Below are positions 1 to 13,299 of a DNA stretch of 64,000 nt, in pieces. The notes below the pieces were generated by a model, which saw nothing but the letters and a program-made list of their open reading frames with translations, was not told where the DNA came from and ran no database searches. The stretch spans positions 53,126,780 through 53,190,779 of the forward strand of contig NC_068992.1 in the NCBI RefSeq assembly GCF_001194135.2, read 5' to 3'. A program made the translations under genes and the position numbers. The number at the start of each line of letters is the position of its first letter. Position 1 is the first letter of the stretch. Source of the DNA: Octopus bimaculoides. Its lineage: Eukaryota.

Positions 1-2436
1 TCCCAATCATATTTTCCCCTATTCTTCATATCTTCAAAATGAACTGAAATAATCTGCCTAGAGTAGCATATGTCCCAAAATCAAGAACTTGTCATTACTT
101 TCGGCCTATGAATGTAAAAGCATCCAATTTATTAAAGGTATTCTACTACTAAACTTTAATTGAAAACAGAAATGTTAGCGGCACTCAGATTCAGAATGTT
201 GAGAAAACATTATAAATTAATTTCCGATTTGATACAAATTTCACATACTTCATGGAGAATATTCTTTTCTTTTATTTAATAGTCTCAAAGCGCAAGAGCA
301 GAATACATGTAGTGAAATAACTGTGTAAATAAACATAGGATTATGATTTTATTCATCAGGTTTACTTTCTGTCAGTGTGTAAGTAAATGTTAATCTATTA
401 TTCTATAAGAAAATTGATTGATATTGTAATGATGTTAAACCCTAAGTTGGGCTTAAATGAGTGGGCAAATACAGAACGATATTCTTAACATGCATATCCG
501 TTCTTACTTACTTTACTAAAGAAGTTGATTATGATTTTTTTGCATTATTGCTACAATTTGTTAACATCATAGAAGCAACTTTCTTAAATGAAACTCAGTA
601 ATAGTGTAAATAAATTTACTTTATTTTGTTTAACATGCTTTGTTGCCTAAAAGTTATTGATAGTTAAATTTGTATTGAAAAAGAACGAAAATGAAAGTAG
701 ACTGTGTCGCATTTGAAAGAGAATATCAATAAGACCTTATAAAATAATATGATCTAGAGAGCGCTCAATCATTTCAGGAAAACTGTTTTGCTCTAACCCG
801 AACATTCGCCACGCACCTGCACAGTTTTCTGATAGTTGTCCATTCGCTTTCATTTGGCATTTACCTATGTGTTTATAATAATTTAATATTATATACTATA
901 CAAAGATAAAACTGAGTAATGTAATTAAGTTTGACAACCACTTCCTACTTGCTAAGGTTTCAACACAAAATGTTCAAATGTTCAAAAAACATCTCCAAAC
1001 CATAAAACACGTCCACATGTTAATGCAATTATTTCAACAATGTAAATATCAGAAAAGCATTATTTGGTAATGAACTGCCACAGAAAACGGAAAACAAAAT
1101 AGGAATTCTCAAAACTTTTATTAACACAAAACTACATGTATACATAAAATAAATAACACAACCGTATTAATGATTATTGAAAGAAAAATGAAAGAAATGA
1201 TTGGTCAAACCACTAATTAGGTAAATCCACTTTTCACTGCAATATAACTTCACTGCAAGAAATTTCATTACTTGTTTCATTAATTTTATATTTATTCAGA
1301 AACAAAATATTAGTGTCTACAACGACTTTTGACAATTAGTTACACAGCTTGTTAATAATAAGAAAAGGAGCTGACGAGAAAATATGCTTCGAAGGAAGTG
1401 TTGTGGCAGGTACAGACTTAATCAATCTCTTAAGCTTAGAGTAGGATATGTATTCCAGTTGTTATCCCATATCCCACTACTGTAGAGCATACATTCATGT
1501 GTATACCGAGATAAAATATAACATCGGCTTTCAATGTTTACTAGATACTGGCCCTGTCCACCAAAATTTCTCCATATATTGTATTCAAAGCCGATGTCCT
1601 TAGTGCTACCGAGAGCTTCTTTTTTGTTACGATTGATGAAAGAAAGCTTTGTATATCATTGCTATATTATTATGATCAATACTACCCTTTACTAGTGCAT
1701 TTACATTCCTCTAGGTGATATTCGTCCATTATATTACGTGTCAGAGATTTTATTTTGATTATTATTTTAAAATCATAATTGTCCCTTTGTCTTCTTTTAT
1801 TCAACATTTGACAATGTTGAATGCCAATGAATTTCTGAAGAAGAGATTTGTTTGACTAAGTGCTTGTAAGTTATCACACCTGTTGCAACGCGCCATATAT
1901 TAAATTATTTTCTTTGATGTCTAGGTTGATCATTGAGACCTATGTTCATTGTTAGTTTCCATCTAGTAAGATGTGAGCAATAACTAAACACCACTCACGC
2001 GCTGATAGGTCCTACAAAATAGAAACTATCACTTAATTTCGTTAGTTCGCGTCATTGAGTGATACAAATGAAAAACATGCTCCTTTAATTTGACAATTAC
2101 CGCTGGATTCAGTAATTCCGGAACCAGTTTTATACAAAAATTAAAGATTTACGCCGAAGGAACCTAGATCGGTTCATAGATTACAATTATTTACAGCATT
2201 CTCTATATTCTAAATGTAACCAGAGATCTTCCAATCTTGAACAAATACTACCACACCAGTCTAATGCATACATAAACTTTATCATGAGTAATGTGACTTT
2301 TATGAGCCTATCAATGCTAATATTATCTTCGTATATAATAATATAAAACATCTGCGGATAGTTCAGTGCCGATTGACCTTAGAAATTATATAGGACAACT
2401 CATATCCATTTATTATTTTCGTTTTAATATTATGAT

Positions 2437-2688
2437 AAAGCGTTGATCTGGGAGAATCGTCAGTACGTCGGGAAAAATGCTCAGCGACATGTTGCCCGTC
2501 TTTTCGGTCTGAGTTCAAACTCCGCCAAGGTGCACTTTGCCTTAAACCCTTTTGGAGTCAATAAAGTAAGTATCAGTTGAGTACAGAGGTTGATGAAAAA
2601 AGTATCAGTTGAGCACGGGTGTCAATGTAATTGATTGAACTATCCCATCCCCAAAATTGCTGAGCTTGTGCCAAAATTTCAAATCAAT
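2437..2688 (+). mobile_element. tRNA-derived SINE, family B, degenerate copy
   Basis: B-box-like GAGTTCAAACTCC, then GCACTTTGCC and AAGTATCAGTTGAG core and GCTTGTGCCAAAATTTCAAA tail. Same layout as ~14 other copies in the window. Confidence 0.8.
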
Positions 2689-2794
2689 ATCATACGATAA
2701 TACTTGGTAGAAAAGCATTATGAAAAAACCTTTGTAATAAGAGATAATTTTCCCATAACTTTTTCTAAACTGTTCACCCTCTACAAATATATAA

Positions 2795-3447
2795 GTGGTT
2801 TTTGATTATTATATAACAGATCAGGAGTATTGTTTTCTTACCTCTTTCTTTGGCACCTCCGTTACTTTCGCAAAACTTTTCACTACTTCACAGCTTCTAC
2901 CAGCACTTCTTCAGAGGACGACAGTTCAGAATATGACACCTCTAACTCACGTCCGAATAAGCCTCAACCATCCCTCATCAAACTGTTGAGGGACAGCTTC
3001 ACCAAGAAAAACCGCTACAACGCAGCACACAACGATTCACAAATCCAACAAGTGATACCACGTCCTTGTTCCAATTCACGACGCAAAAGAGACCTATTAT
3101 TTTCATTCAGTGTCCTGGCACCAATGCGCCTAAATATGACTTCGTCTGTCACTGATGGCCGCAGTTCAGCTCTGCTCATAATATATATAAATTCAAGCGA
3201 CAGACAGTCGTTGATTTTGCAAAAGCTAAAACGCTAATTCTAAAATCTCTCTAAGAGCCGATCGTAAAAATTGTACTAGCAACTAACGTTCATAGTTACT
3301 CTAAAACAGCTGTACCGTTCGGACGGATTTTAGTACGATTTTTGTAACACCAAGAGAAGATCTCTTCTAACTGGTGAGGGATTCACAGCTGCATTCGATT
3401 TTCCTGTGAGCAGTGTAACGAACACCTACCACTTTCTATATATATAG
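2795..3447 (-). mobile_element. Unclassified, relatively young interspersed repeat
   Basis: Complex, CpG-retaining block, visibly more GC-rich than its flanks. It ends in CTATATATATAG at an N-gap. The class is not identifiable from sequence alone. Confidence 0.45.
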
Positions 3448-3575
3448 NNNNNNNNNNTATATATTATATATATATAAATTCATATAAATAACGATAAAAT
3501 TGTTATTTAAAAATACCAATCTTATCAGGTGGCCGGCATGGGAATAAAAACCTCAGAAGTAATAACTATTACAAA

Positions 3576-3879
3576 AATTACAATTTAGGGTATCTAAGAG
3601 AAACCACCGTGCTTGAAATAGCAGTCAAACTTTGACTAAAAAAACCCATTAAATGTTCATACAGCACCAGGAGAAAAGACAGAGACAAAATAAACAAGCA
3701 AAACATAAGAACTACCTCATAAAGTCAAACCATGGAATTATCCGGTAATTTTTTGCTAGTTATTTTGTCTTTTTGTCATTTCTACTGGTGCTGTATGAAC
3801 ATTTAATGTGGTTTTAGAGTCAAAGTTTTACTGCTATTTCAAGCATGGTGGTATCTCTTAGATACCCTAAATTATAATT
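3576..3879. mobile_element. Foldback/MITE with ~128-bp imperfect inverted arms
   Basis: Left arm 3576-3703 (AATTACAATTTAGGGTATCTAAGAG...) and right arm ~3751-3879 (...CTCTTAGATACCCTAAATTATAATT) are reverse complements at roughly 85-90%, with a ~46-nt spacer. Confidence 0.85.
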
Positions 3880-3898
3880 TATATATATATATATATAT

Positions 3899-3929
<31 letters not shown>

Positions 3930-3931
3930 TT

Positions 3932-3963
<32 letters not shown>

Positions 3964-3976
3964 AATAGAGAGAGAT
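3880..3976. repeat. (TA)n/(GATA)/(GA)n compound microsatellite
   Basis: Direct reading. Confidence 0.95.
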
Positions 3977-4329
3977 AGTTACGCACATACATAACAATAC
4001 ATCCACGCACATATATATTTATATATATATATATATGCTTTTCTGTGTCGGTATGTGTTTGTACACACAAACATACACAATATATACACACGCCTAGTTT
4101 GAGCATTCCAATGTATCTACTATTCTTGGTACAAATATGAAATAATAATATGAGTATGAAGATCTTAATCTTAGTTTGGGTAAGGACGAATATCCTCTCA
4201 GGATACAATATAACTACCCCATAAAGTCAAACCATGACAACCGATCAAACATTTCCTTCCTCCTACTCTGGAAGTAACAGCATTTTCTAAGACACATTAA
4301 AGCAGTTGACCTCATTTCATCTCTTTCAG

Positions 4330-4389
4330 GGAAGACTTTCCCACGGAAAACCCTGTCACACATCAGAAGAATTACACCGAGGAGCCAAC
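4330..4389 (+). other. Candidate 60-nt exon or C2H2 zinc-finger-like relic
   Basis: Acceptor CTCATTTCATCTCTTTCAG and donor AC|GTGAGC. All three frames are open. Confidence 0.25.
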
Positions 4390-4654
4390 GTGAGCAGACA
4401 GGTTTATCTGGTAGATTAGTTTGCGAGAAATAGTAGCCAAGTGTCCATATAATCTAGCTCTGTGGACTTAAAGTGTAAGGATTCATATATATTCATGTAA
4501 ATAGAGTGTGATTACGTAAAGAATCACGTGGTAGACTCAACGTAATCAACAACTAAACAGGTATCAATATACCGTTCGATAAATCAACACCGCCGTAATC
4601 ATTACAATGATCACCAATGCATATGTTCCTTTTTTACTAAGGTTATTACTTTAA

Positions 4655-4730
4655 GGCGCAGACATAGCTGTGTTGTAAGACACTTTCGAGCCACATGGCT
4701 CTGGGTTCAGTCCCATTGCGTATTTCAGAC
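4655..4730 (+). mobile_element. tRNA-derived SINE, family A, head fragment
   Basis: GGCGCAGACATAGCTGTGTTGTAAG...GGGTTCAGTCCCATTGCG matches the head of the well-preserved copy at 40328. Confidence 0.75.
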
Positions 4731-4737
4731 GCATAGT

Positions 4738-4779
<42 letters not shown>

Positions 4780-5427
4780 CATAAATATATAGGGATTAGC
4801 AGTAGCCTGCTTCTCCAACATACTGAGAATTCAGAAATAGCAGTCAAAGAACTACTGATTCCAAAACTACAATTTTTTCTATAATGGATAGCGATATCTA
4901 TGGTACACACAGAACAAAAAACAGAAGAGAAGAGTANNNNNNNNNNNNNNNNNNNNNNNNNNNNNNNNNNNNNNNNNNNNNNNNNNNNNNNNNNNNNNNN
5001 NNNNNNNNNNNNNNNNNNNNNNNNNNNNNNNNNNNNNNNNNNNNNNNNNNNNNNNNNNNNNNNNNNNNNNNNNNNNNNNNNNNNNNNNNNNNNNNNNNNN
5101 NNNNNNNNNNNNNNNNNNNNNNNNNNNNNNNNNNNNNNNNNNNNNNNNNNNNNNNNNNNNNNNNNNNNNNNNNNNNNNNNNNNNNNNNNNNNNNNNNNNN
5201 NNNNNNNNNNNNNNNNNNNNNNNNNNNNNNNNNNNNNNNNNNNNNNNNNNNNNNNNNNNNNNNNNNNNNNNNNNNNNNNNNNNNNNNNNNNNNNNNNNNN
5301 NNNNNNNNNNNNNNNNNNNNNNNNNNNNNNNNNNNNNNNNNNNNNNNNNNNNNNNNNNNNNNNNNNNNNNNNNNNNNNNNNNNNNNNNNNNNNNNNNNNN
5401 NNNNNNNNNNNNNNNNNNNNNNNNNNN

Positions 5428-5464
<37 letters not shown>

Positions 5465-6099
5465 GTTGTGTGTGTGTATACCCGCACATAGACATATACT
5501 GTATGCGTGTATTCACATTCACATGCACACGCGCACACACATATATCAGTATATGAATACGTGTCTGAAATATGTATGTGGGAACATATAAGTGTGTGCT
5601 GATTTGTATAAATATACGCATAAAAATATATGTGAATAGATATATGGTGAGAGGACTGTTTATATAAATACATTAAACAGCCGCCAGACACCCTGGCTCA
5701 GTCATGTGCAGCGGACTAAAGACTGTTCAACTCTAATAAGACCATCTTTTGTTTATGATTGTATGTAACGACATCCCCTTAAACAGTGTTAGCATGTGTA
5801 TGTCTGTCCACGAGGCGACGACGGTATGGGTACGTGTGTCTATGTATCTGCTCATGTATGCACACTAGCTTCACGCCCTATAGAACTGGCAGCACATAAC
5901 ATTTCGCTTATATGAAACTGAAGCATGGTTTCGCGATTCCTTCATTGAATCGTTACCAACGAATTTAGATTACGAATACTGCAGGAAAGTGTAAGGTTAG
6001 CCAATATTCTAATTTTAAGTTTTTTATTGTTAAACTCTTGTTCATATAATATCCCCATTGTACTTTCCCTAATGGAAGTGCTACATTTATTTTGCAATT

Positions 6100-9045
6100 T
6101 ACTAAACACATTCCCCTCCAAGTCCGTTTTGCGTCATACAGAGTAAATTGTCGCTATTTTATAGCATGGTTATCACCAGTGACTCATGGAGTAGAGGAAA
6201 GTTCTATTTTCATTCTGGACCGAGGTAATAGGTGGTGATAGACACGTTAAAAGGGGCTTAAAAGTCCATACGTCCATTTAAGGGTTTTTGTTTAATCATA
6301 TCTTCTTCCACAGCTTATGTTGCAGATTATGTCAAGGGTCTTATTTGAGTTTCCCGTGATTCAATTGAAACCACCTAAGAAATTCAAGGAAACGTACTCA
6401 CATAATTTCTTAATATTCGAATAATATAGTCTGCACTACTATTTTGTGAAACTCCATAAAAAAACATATCCACTAGGAGTATGCAAAGAATTACATAATT
6501 GAATGTATTGAGCTAATAATGTTAGTGCATATATAGCATTGTGGGTTTACAATATTATCGAAAGTTATACATCAGTGGGAACACGTTGCACACTAAATCT
6601 AAATCTACATTTTGTGATATAATTAGGTGAGATCAGTGCATTTAGTCGGTTGCTTCCCCATGTAGGGGAAAATGAACTCGCTAGGACGTTCTTCTGATAA
6701 TATAGTTGGAAACACGTCTCTTTAAAAGTAAACTACGGACATTCCTGGGTTCAATACGACCAATTCAATGAAACATATTCAATTGAGTTGTCAATGTTAA
6801 AATTGATTCTTCATATTCGAGGAACTGCTGAAAAGTTCATGGCTTCAAGGTTATTGCGAAAGGCCTGGTTAGAGGCCCAACTTTCCGAGTTCTTTTCCAG
6901 GGATTAGAAAAACTAAAGGACCTCTGCAATAAGTGAGTGAACCTGGGAGGTGAGTATGTTGAATAAAATCATAATTAATTGAACCTCCTGTATATTCTTT
7001 TATTCCATGCCAGGAACAATTATCCATAAGTGTAATGAAGCCCCAATCTCATTGTGGGCTATCCCATCGGCCATAATGTGTGAAGCTTTCTGGATGAACC
7101 AAACAATTGTTAAACTTGGAAATATATCAGATAAATCTATCTCTTTAAACTACAATATAACACAATGGGGAATGAAGATTTTTATGTGTACAATGAAGAA
7201 AATGATGACAACGTAAGAACCATTAAAACACATTTGGTAATCTGATATTCTTTCGACAAAGATGTTATTGATTTTCTTATGTCTATAAACAAATTACATA
7301 TATATGCAGAGAAAGGACACAAGGATATTATAATATTAAAAATCTCAAAATGTGTTAGATTCAACATATTAGTAGTGATATGGTTACGATTGTTTAAAGA
7401 GCTGCTAGCATAGTGCAATATCCTGTATTTAAATTACTGCTCAGCTTCGGTGAGAACAAAATATTTATTCGATTCATATTTTAAAAAAATTAAATTCATG
7501 TTTATTCATGTCCGAACCTAATAATCTGTATTCCTGGCATTATTAAATTGTAAATATTCTTGAATTATTTTTATGAAATTGACAAATTTCATTCTCCAAC
7601 AAAATTTTGTTTAAGTGTGAACCATTTCTAAATGGTTGAAAATTTTATCCTTTCCTGGCTTAATTTTGTCTTAATTTTACGACTTTGAAGAGACGGTAAA
7701 CGGTCTGGGGGAATGATGAAATATAACATATTGGCATATTTCCGTTTTGGTATGTGTCAGTGGATGTATGAGGTTACCTACACTAATCTCTGCAGTCTCG
7801 CTGTGAATCACTTATTGCAGACAAGGAGTGATCACGTCTCTGACATAATGTTATAATATGGGCACTAAAGCCTTGCCTGTTTTAAGCTCTATCTCATTCA
7901 TTTTTCCCCAGGATATATTTTTTTTCCATTAATCTGTTCGTGGAAAATCTTGATTAGTTCACAAACATAACATTCTGGAAGAGATGAAGGATTTCCGTTA
8001 TGCTGTTTAAGGAATTGCTTTTCTGACAGTAATGGATTTTCTTCAATATTTGAAGCTTTCAGGAGAAATCCTACTATAGATTTAAGGCAATTTCAGATCC
8101 ATTCCAATGGACTTTCGATAAACAATTGTTCCGCCACATGTATAGAAATACCTTGAGAACTAATTTCTAGTATGCTTCCTGTTATCTCTTCAACACAAAT
8201 ACTTTTTCGTTTCCCCAATATTTTTTGAACTGACTGATATGTTTATTTCATGATTTCCGTGGATTATTCTATGTGTTATGGTTAAGTGAATACTTCACTT
8301 GAAGCTGTTTGTCTTGACGGCTCTGAAACTATAAATTTCATTATAAAATGAAAGATGTTGTTTCTTCTTAAAAGATGACAAATGTTGACTTCCTTTAGTA
8401 GGAACCATTAAAACTAAAATTGATACAGGCCTTGCAATATCTCATACCATAAAATAGATTTCTATAAAATACACTGTATTCCAAAAGCGGATTGCAGATA
8501 AATGTTACGAAAATGTGAATGTAAAAGAAAAAAGCTGAATGTAGGAAGAAATCATCAAACGAATAAATATTTTTCCATATGATTAGGTCTGAAAATATGA
8601 TGGAGGGGTTCAGTGATCACAAAACCTCAGTACTAGATTGGAACTTTATCTTACCAACCACGTAAAGATAAACTGCAAAGCTGACTGCAACAATATTCGA
8701 TCTGTGCATGTAAAGAGTCGGAAGAAAAATTCTTACGCTTTTCGTTCGATAAGCCAACGTTTCCAATGAGTATTGGCTGCGGAGCCATTAGAGCGCCTTA
8801 TTAAGAACCCTAGTCCATAGTACATGTATAGCTATCAAAACACCACTTCTACAACTGCAACATATATATACACCAAAACAGGCATAACACCAGCAGCAAT
8901 TAGTCAAAGTTTCAAGTGCAAAACATCACCATTACACCGTCGCCTTATCAGATCAGAATCGACATATTCAATCATGTATATTTCCCTTCACAGAGACAAC
9001 GCAAGATCAAACAATGTTGAAACAATTTCACTGACAACAAAATAA
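6100..9045 (-). mobile_element. Highly degenerate CR1/L2-like LINE ORF2 relic, interrupted by a mariner MITE
   Basis: Minus-strand peptide remnants occur in the expected order: APE-like YVDSDLIRRRCNGDVLHLK (~8970-8915), DKIFNHLE (~7640) and EIGASLHLWI (7050-7021, cf. GIxGxLLxWI). There are many stops and frameshifts. Confidence 0.45.
6818..7017 (+). mobile_element. Mariner-derived MITE (internal deletion derivative)
   Basis: TIR-like CGAGGAACTGCTGAAAAGTTCATGGC and a partial 3' TIR GCCAGGAAC. The interior translates FQGLEKLKDLCNK*VNLGGEYVE*, the mariner transposase C-terminus. Confidence 0.85.
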
Positions 9046-9228
9046 TGAGTTCATTTTCTTACCTGTGTAGAATTTTAATTAAACATTTAATAAGATTTGA
9101 TTCTCTTTATGTTTACATATTTTAGCCATATTTTTTCAAGAATACATTGTTATATTTATCTAAAAAAATAATTTTACTTCTCTTTGTATAAATATCTAAT
9201 TATTTCTGATTTGATTTCCTCTATTCCC

Positions 9229-9600
<372 letters not shown>

Positions 9601-10449
9601 ACATACACATAAACACACGCGCACACACATATGTGTGTGTATGTGTGTAGGTGTATCCATAGATACATATATACATGCATACAAATATATATATACGTGC
9701 TGTTTTTGTCTTTTGTTATTAATCAGTGATTATTATTTGTGATTAGACAAAACACATATCTTTGAACAATGCAAAACCTATTTTTAAAGAGTATGCTGGA
9801 AACACAATATGCTTATTTGAAACTATATTACGAATACATGAAATATATTGTATGTGAAAGGGTAACTCGACTCTCCATTAAACATGGTATATTGCTGTTG
9901 TATTTCGAAAGGTTCTAATAAGTGTTTTTCGAACAGGTATAGTTTGAGATTCCACCGTTGATCATCCGAAATTATTTTAGGGATACCTGGAGGCATTTTC
10001 GTCTAAGCTGTATGGTTTGATTTGAATTATCTCTCGCCACTGTTTCAAAACTCTCAAGCAACGTCAGTCGATTCAAAACTTAATATCTTTCACTGATACA
10101 ACACAAATACACACACAGATGCGTGCACATACAAGCACATGTGTATGCATACATAGATATATTCATACGCTGCTTTGCACACTATTCGCACTAGCATAGA
10201 CACACATACACACGTATGTGTATGTATATGTGTGTGTGTTTATGCATGTAAATATGTATATAATTAGTTAGCATGAAAATAATTGTCTAATTAAGATCGC
10301 CACCAACTACTTCAACTTGTCTTCTGACAAAGAATAGGCTATTCATCTGTTCAATCTTCTGAGGTATTAATTTTTTATTTCTTGAAATTGTTATTCAAAC
10401 ATCGTCGCTAATATTTTCCATTAAGTTTTTATGTCGATTCCCCAACCAC

Positions 10450-11480
10450 CATGATAATTTTAATTGCAATAACCACTTTTGGAAACTTACCGTCTACCCC
10501 TATTATCTTACCGATGCACAAGCTATTTTACTTAACTGAATTTCTGAAAGACAACGTTTCATTTCCTTTTTTACTGAAAAGAGTTACCCATTTTTTTCAC
10601 ACTACATCGTCCGAGAGCACATCTTTGGGTTAACGATAACCAAGGTGGTTTTCGTTTCAATTGCACCGTACGTTATTTTGTTCAAAATATTTTTTGCCTA
10701 ATGTCCCGGATCTGATAAATCATCGGGGATTTACTTTAGTTGATGAACATTCTACTGAGCTGTACAATACCTGTTCTTTGATCCAGATTTAATCCATCAT
10801 ACGGTTCAACTACACTGCGTAAAGGGCCGTGAGTATCTTTTGTGAAATCCACCCGATTACTAATTTGTGTCACGTCTCATAAACTAGTATTTCTCTGGCT
10901 CTTACTGGGATGAAGTTTTGATTGATCTATCTCTTTAGGCTTCATGAATCCCAATTAGAAATTATAGTATATCTAATTGATCTCACCTCACAAATAACTG
11001 ATTGGATATGCTAGATACTTTTGTTAATCTGGATAAGTCCAAATCTGAAATTCTTCCATGTTGGGTAATATATGGATTTCCAATTAAGCCTACTAGTGAA
11101 TGGCAATGACAATTACAATATGAGTCCATGTTTCTGCTTGCTGTGTCTTAATGTAATAACAAGCAATCTTAAGTTATTATCTGTCATTTTGGAAGCTCCT
11201 TGCTTATGCCTTGATTAGCTCCAAACTGAATATATTGAAGCCTTTGTTGGTATCAGTTGCTTTACATCAATAAATTACAGATTCAGATTGTAACATTCTG
11301 TCTTAAAGTCAAAATGCTCAGTTATGCAAACGCAAATGAATTGCTATACAGAACGTCATCTTCTGGTTATCGATAATAAAGAACTATTCAAAAATTTGTT
11401 AATGATTTATAAATGTCGGTATTACACTATATTGGTGAGTATCTCACGGATGCTTCATATTTTATACTTGACCAAGCATC
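10450..11480 (-). mobile_element. Possible ancient CR1/L2-like LINE 3' relic
   Basis: Weak minus-strand remnants near 10930-10860 resemble LExxQRRATKFIP...YEERL. Heavily decayed. Confidence 0.3.
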
Positions 11481-12182
11481 ACATACGCTATAAAGCCATT
11501 TCATAACTACAGCTGTATTGCCAAAGATTTATATTCCTTCAACCAAACATATCCGAAATATATTAATATAACTTCCTAGTTATCTAACTTGCTTATTTAA
11601 GCCGAATTAAGTATTCAAGACGCATCATGTGAACCTTTTATTAAGCTCTTTCTGTATTGCAACACTGTGCCAAGTGCCATTATCATCAATACAAGAACTA
11701 TAATTCATTTAGTTATGTATCAATCTATATCTCTCTCTATATCTTCCTGCCTGCCTACCTGTTGATCTATTTATTTCTATTTCCTTATCTCTCAGTTACT
11801 AAACACGTGCATGCACACGCATACATACACATACACACATATACGCAGGCAATCATAGCATACGCAAACACACACACATACACACACACAATCATATATG
11901 TAGTTGTATATACATACACATTCCAAACACACGCATTTATAGATAGTAAAACATAAATTGAGTTTGATGATCAATTCTTTCCAACATACACGCGTCTCTT
12001 CCTCAGCTGCTTGTTACCACAACTTAAATCTAACATCTACCTAAATACTGTTTCTATAATTCGCCATATAATTTACTATCACCACAAAGGCATCAAAGTC
12101 TCGATTTGCTATATGACTCATTCCTTATTTCCATAGCCATGATCTGAAATCTTAAATTATTTCTTACGTTTAAAATATTATC

Positions 12183-12185
<3 letters not shown>

Positions 12186-12247
<62 letters not shown>
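12186..12247. repeat. (CA)n microsatellite
   Basis: Direct reading. Confidence 0.97.
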
Positions 12248-12250
<3 letters not shown>

Positions 12251-12427
12251 CATCTTTCAGTATTTTACTGTTATATGTTTTTAATTTCCATACACTTTCT
12301 ATCTCCCTCTTATCTCTCTCCCTCTCTATATCTCTCTCCCTCTCTATATCTCTCTCCCTCTCTATATCTCTCTTTATAAATGTATGAATGTTTGTGCATG
12401 CGGTCACATCTAAATATTTGTGTCATT

Positions 12428-12547
12428 GTTTGTCCCCCTACCATCGCTTGACAACCTATGCTGGTGTGTTTAGGTACTCGTAACCTAGCGGTTCAGCAAA
12501 TGGCACGATGGAATAAGTTATATGCTAACAAAGAGTAAGTTCTGGGT
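12428..12547 (+). mobile_element. SINE family A, 3' part
   Basis: TTTGTCCCCCTACCATCGCTTGACAACCTATGCTGGTGTGTTT...TAGCGGTTCAGCA matches 40540-40610. Confidence 0.85.
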
Positions 12548-13266
12548 TCGAAATACACATCCAGTACGATTACAAATCTTTTCAAGTTTTCATTATGTCT
12601 CTTGTGAACTTATAAGGAAGCTTGAATGTTTTAACAGCACACAATACATGTTTGTAGAACTTGCCGTAATATGATGTAGAAAGGTGAAAAAACTGCGTAT
12701 GTGATATGCGTAGTCTTGCGGCTATGAGAGAGTCTGAGCCGATGGACAGAGAGTATATATGCCTGACGAAGAATATGACAAATATAATTGCGTTTGCATA
12801 GCAGTTTGCTATAAACATGTATGTGTGTGTGTGTGTGTGTATACATACATGGTTGTGTGGGGGAGGGGTGGGTGTAAGGTGTGTGAAACGAATATACGTA
12901 TGCATAAAGAGATAGGGCGAGTGAGTATAAGGTAAACACGGACACTGAGAGCAAGCACCAACGTAGAGACAGATCAATGTTTGGAAGTATTAACGTACAG
13001 AGATATTTCAGGCAATTACTGTGGCTTCATTAATCATACACTGACATATGAATAGATGTTAACATTTGGAATTACACGGACACGTACAGTCAAACGTGTA
13101 TAGAAGTAAACATTAATAGCACAAACATAAGGACTAATATATGTATGAATATAAGCCTGCAGAGACATATGTATACGTATATATTCGTATATACATATAG
13201 ATAGATACAAACAAATATACATACATACACATATCCATACATACAGGCATGCAATATAAATATCTA

Positions 13267-13299
<33 letters not shown>

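Noticed and set aside
1362-1400. CTGACGA-GAA..TTC-GAAG hammerhead-like core
   Set aside because: Helix II has only 3 bp, A15.1 is absent and no helix III or cleavage triplet is found.
2860-2920. Minus-strand CTGAAGA...GCGAAAGTAAC hammerhead-like core
   Set aside because: No helix II pairing and no valid NUH or helix III.
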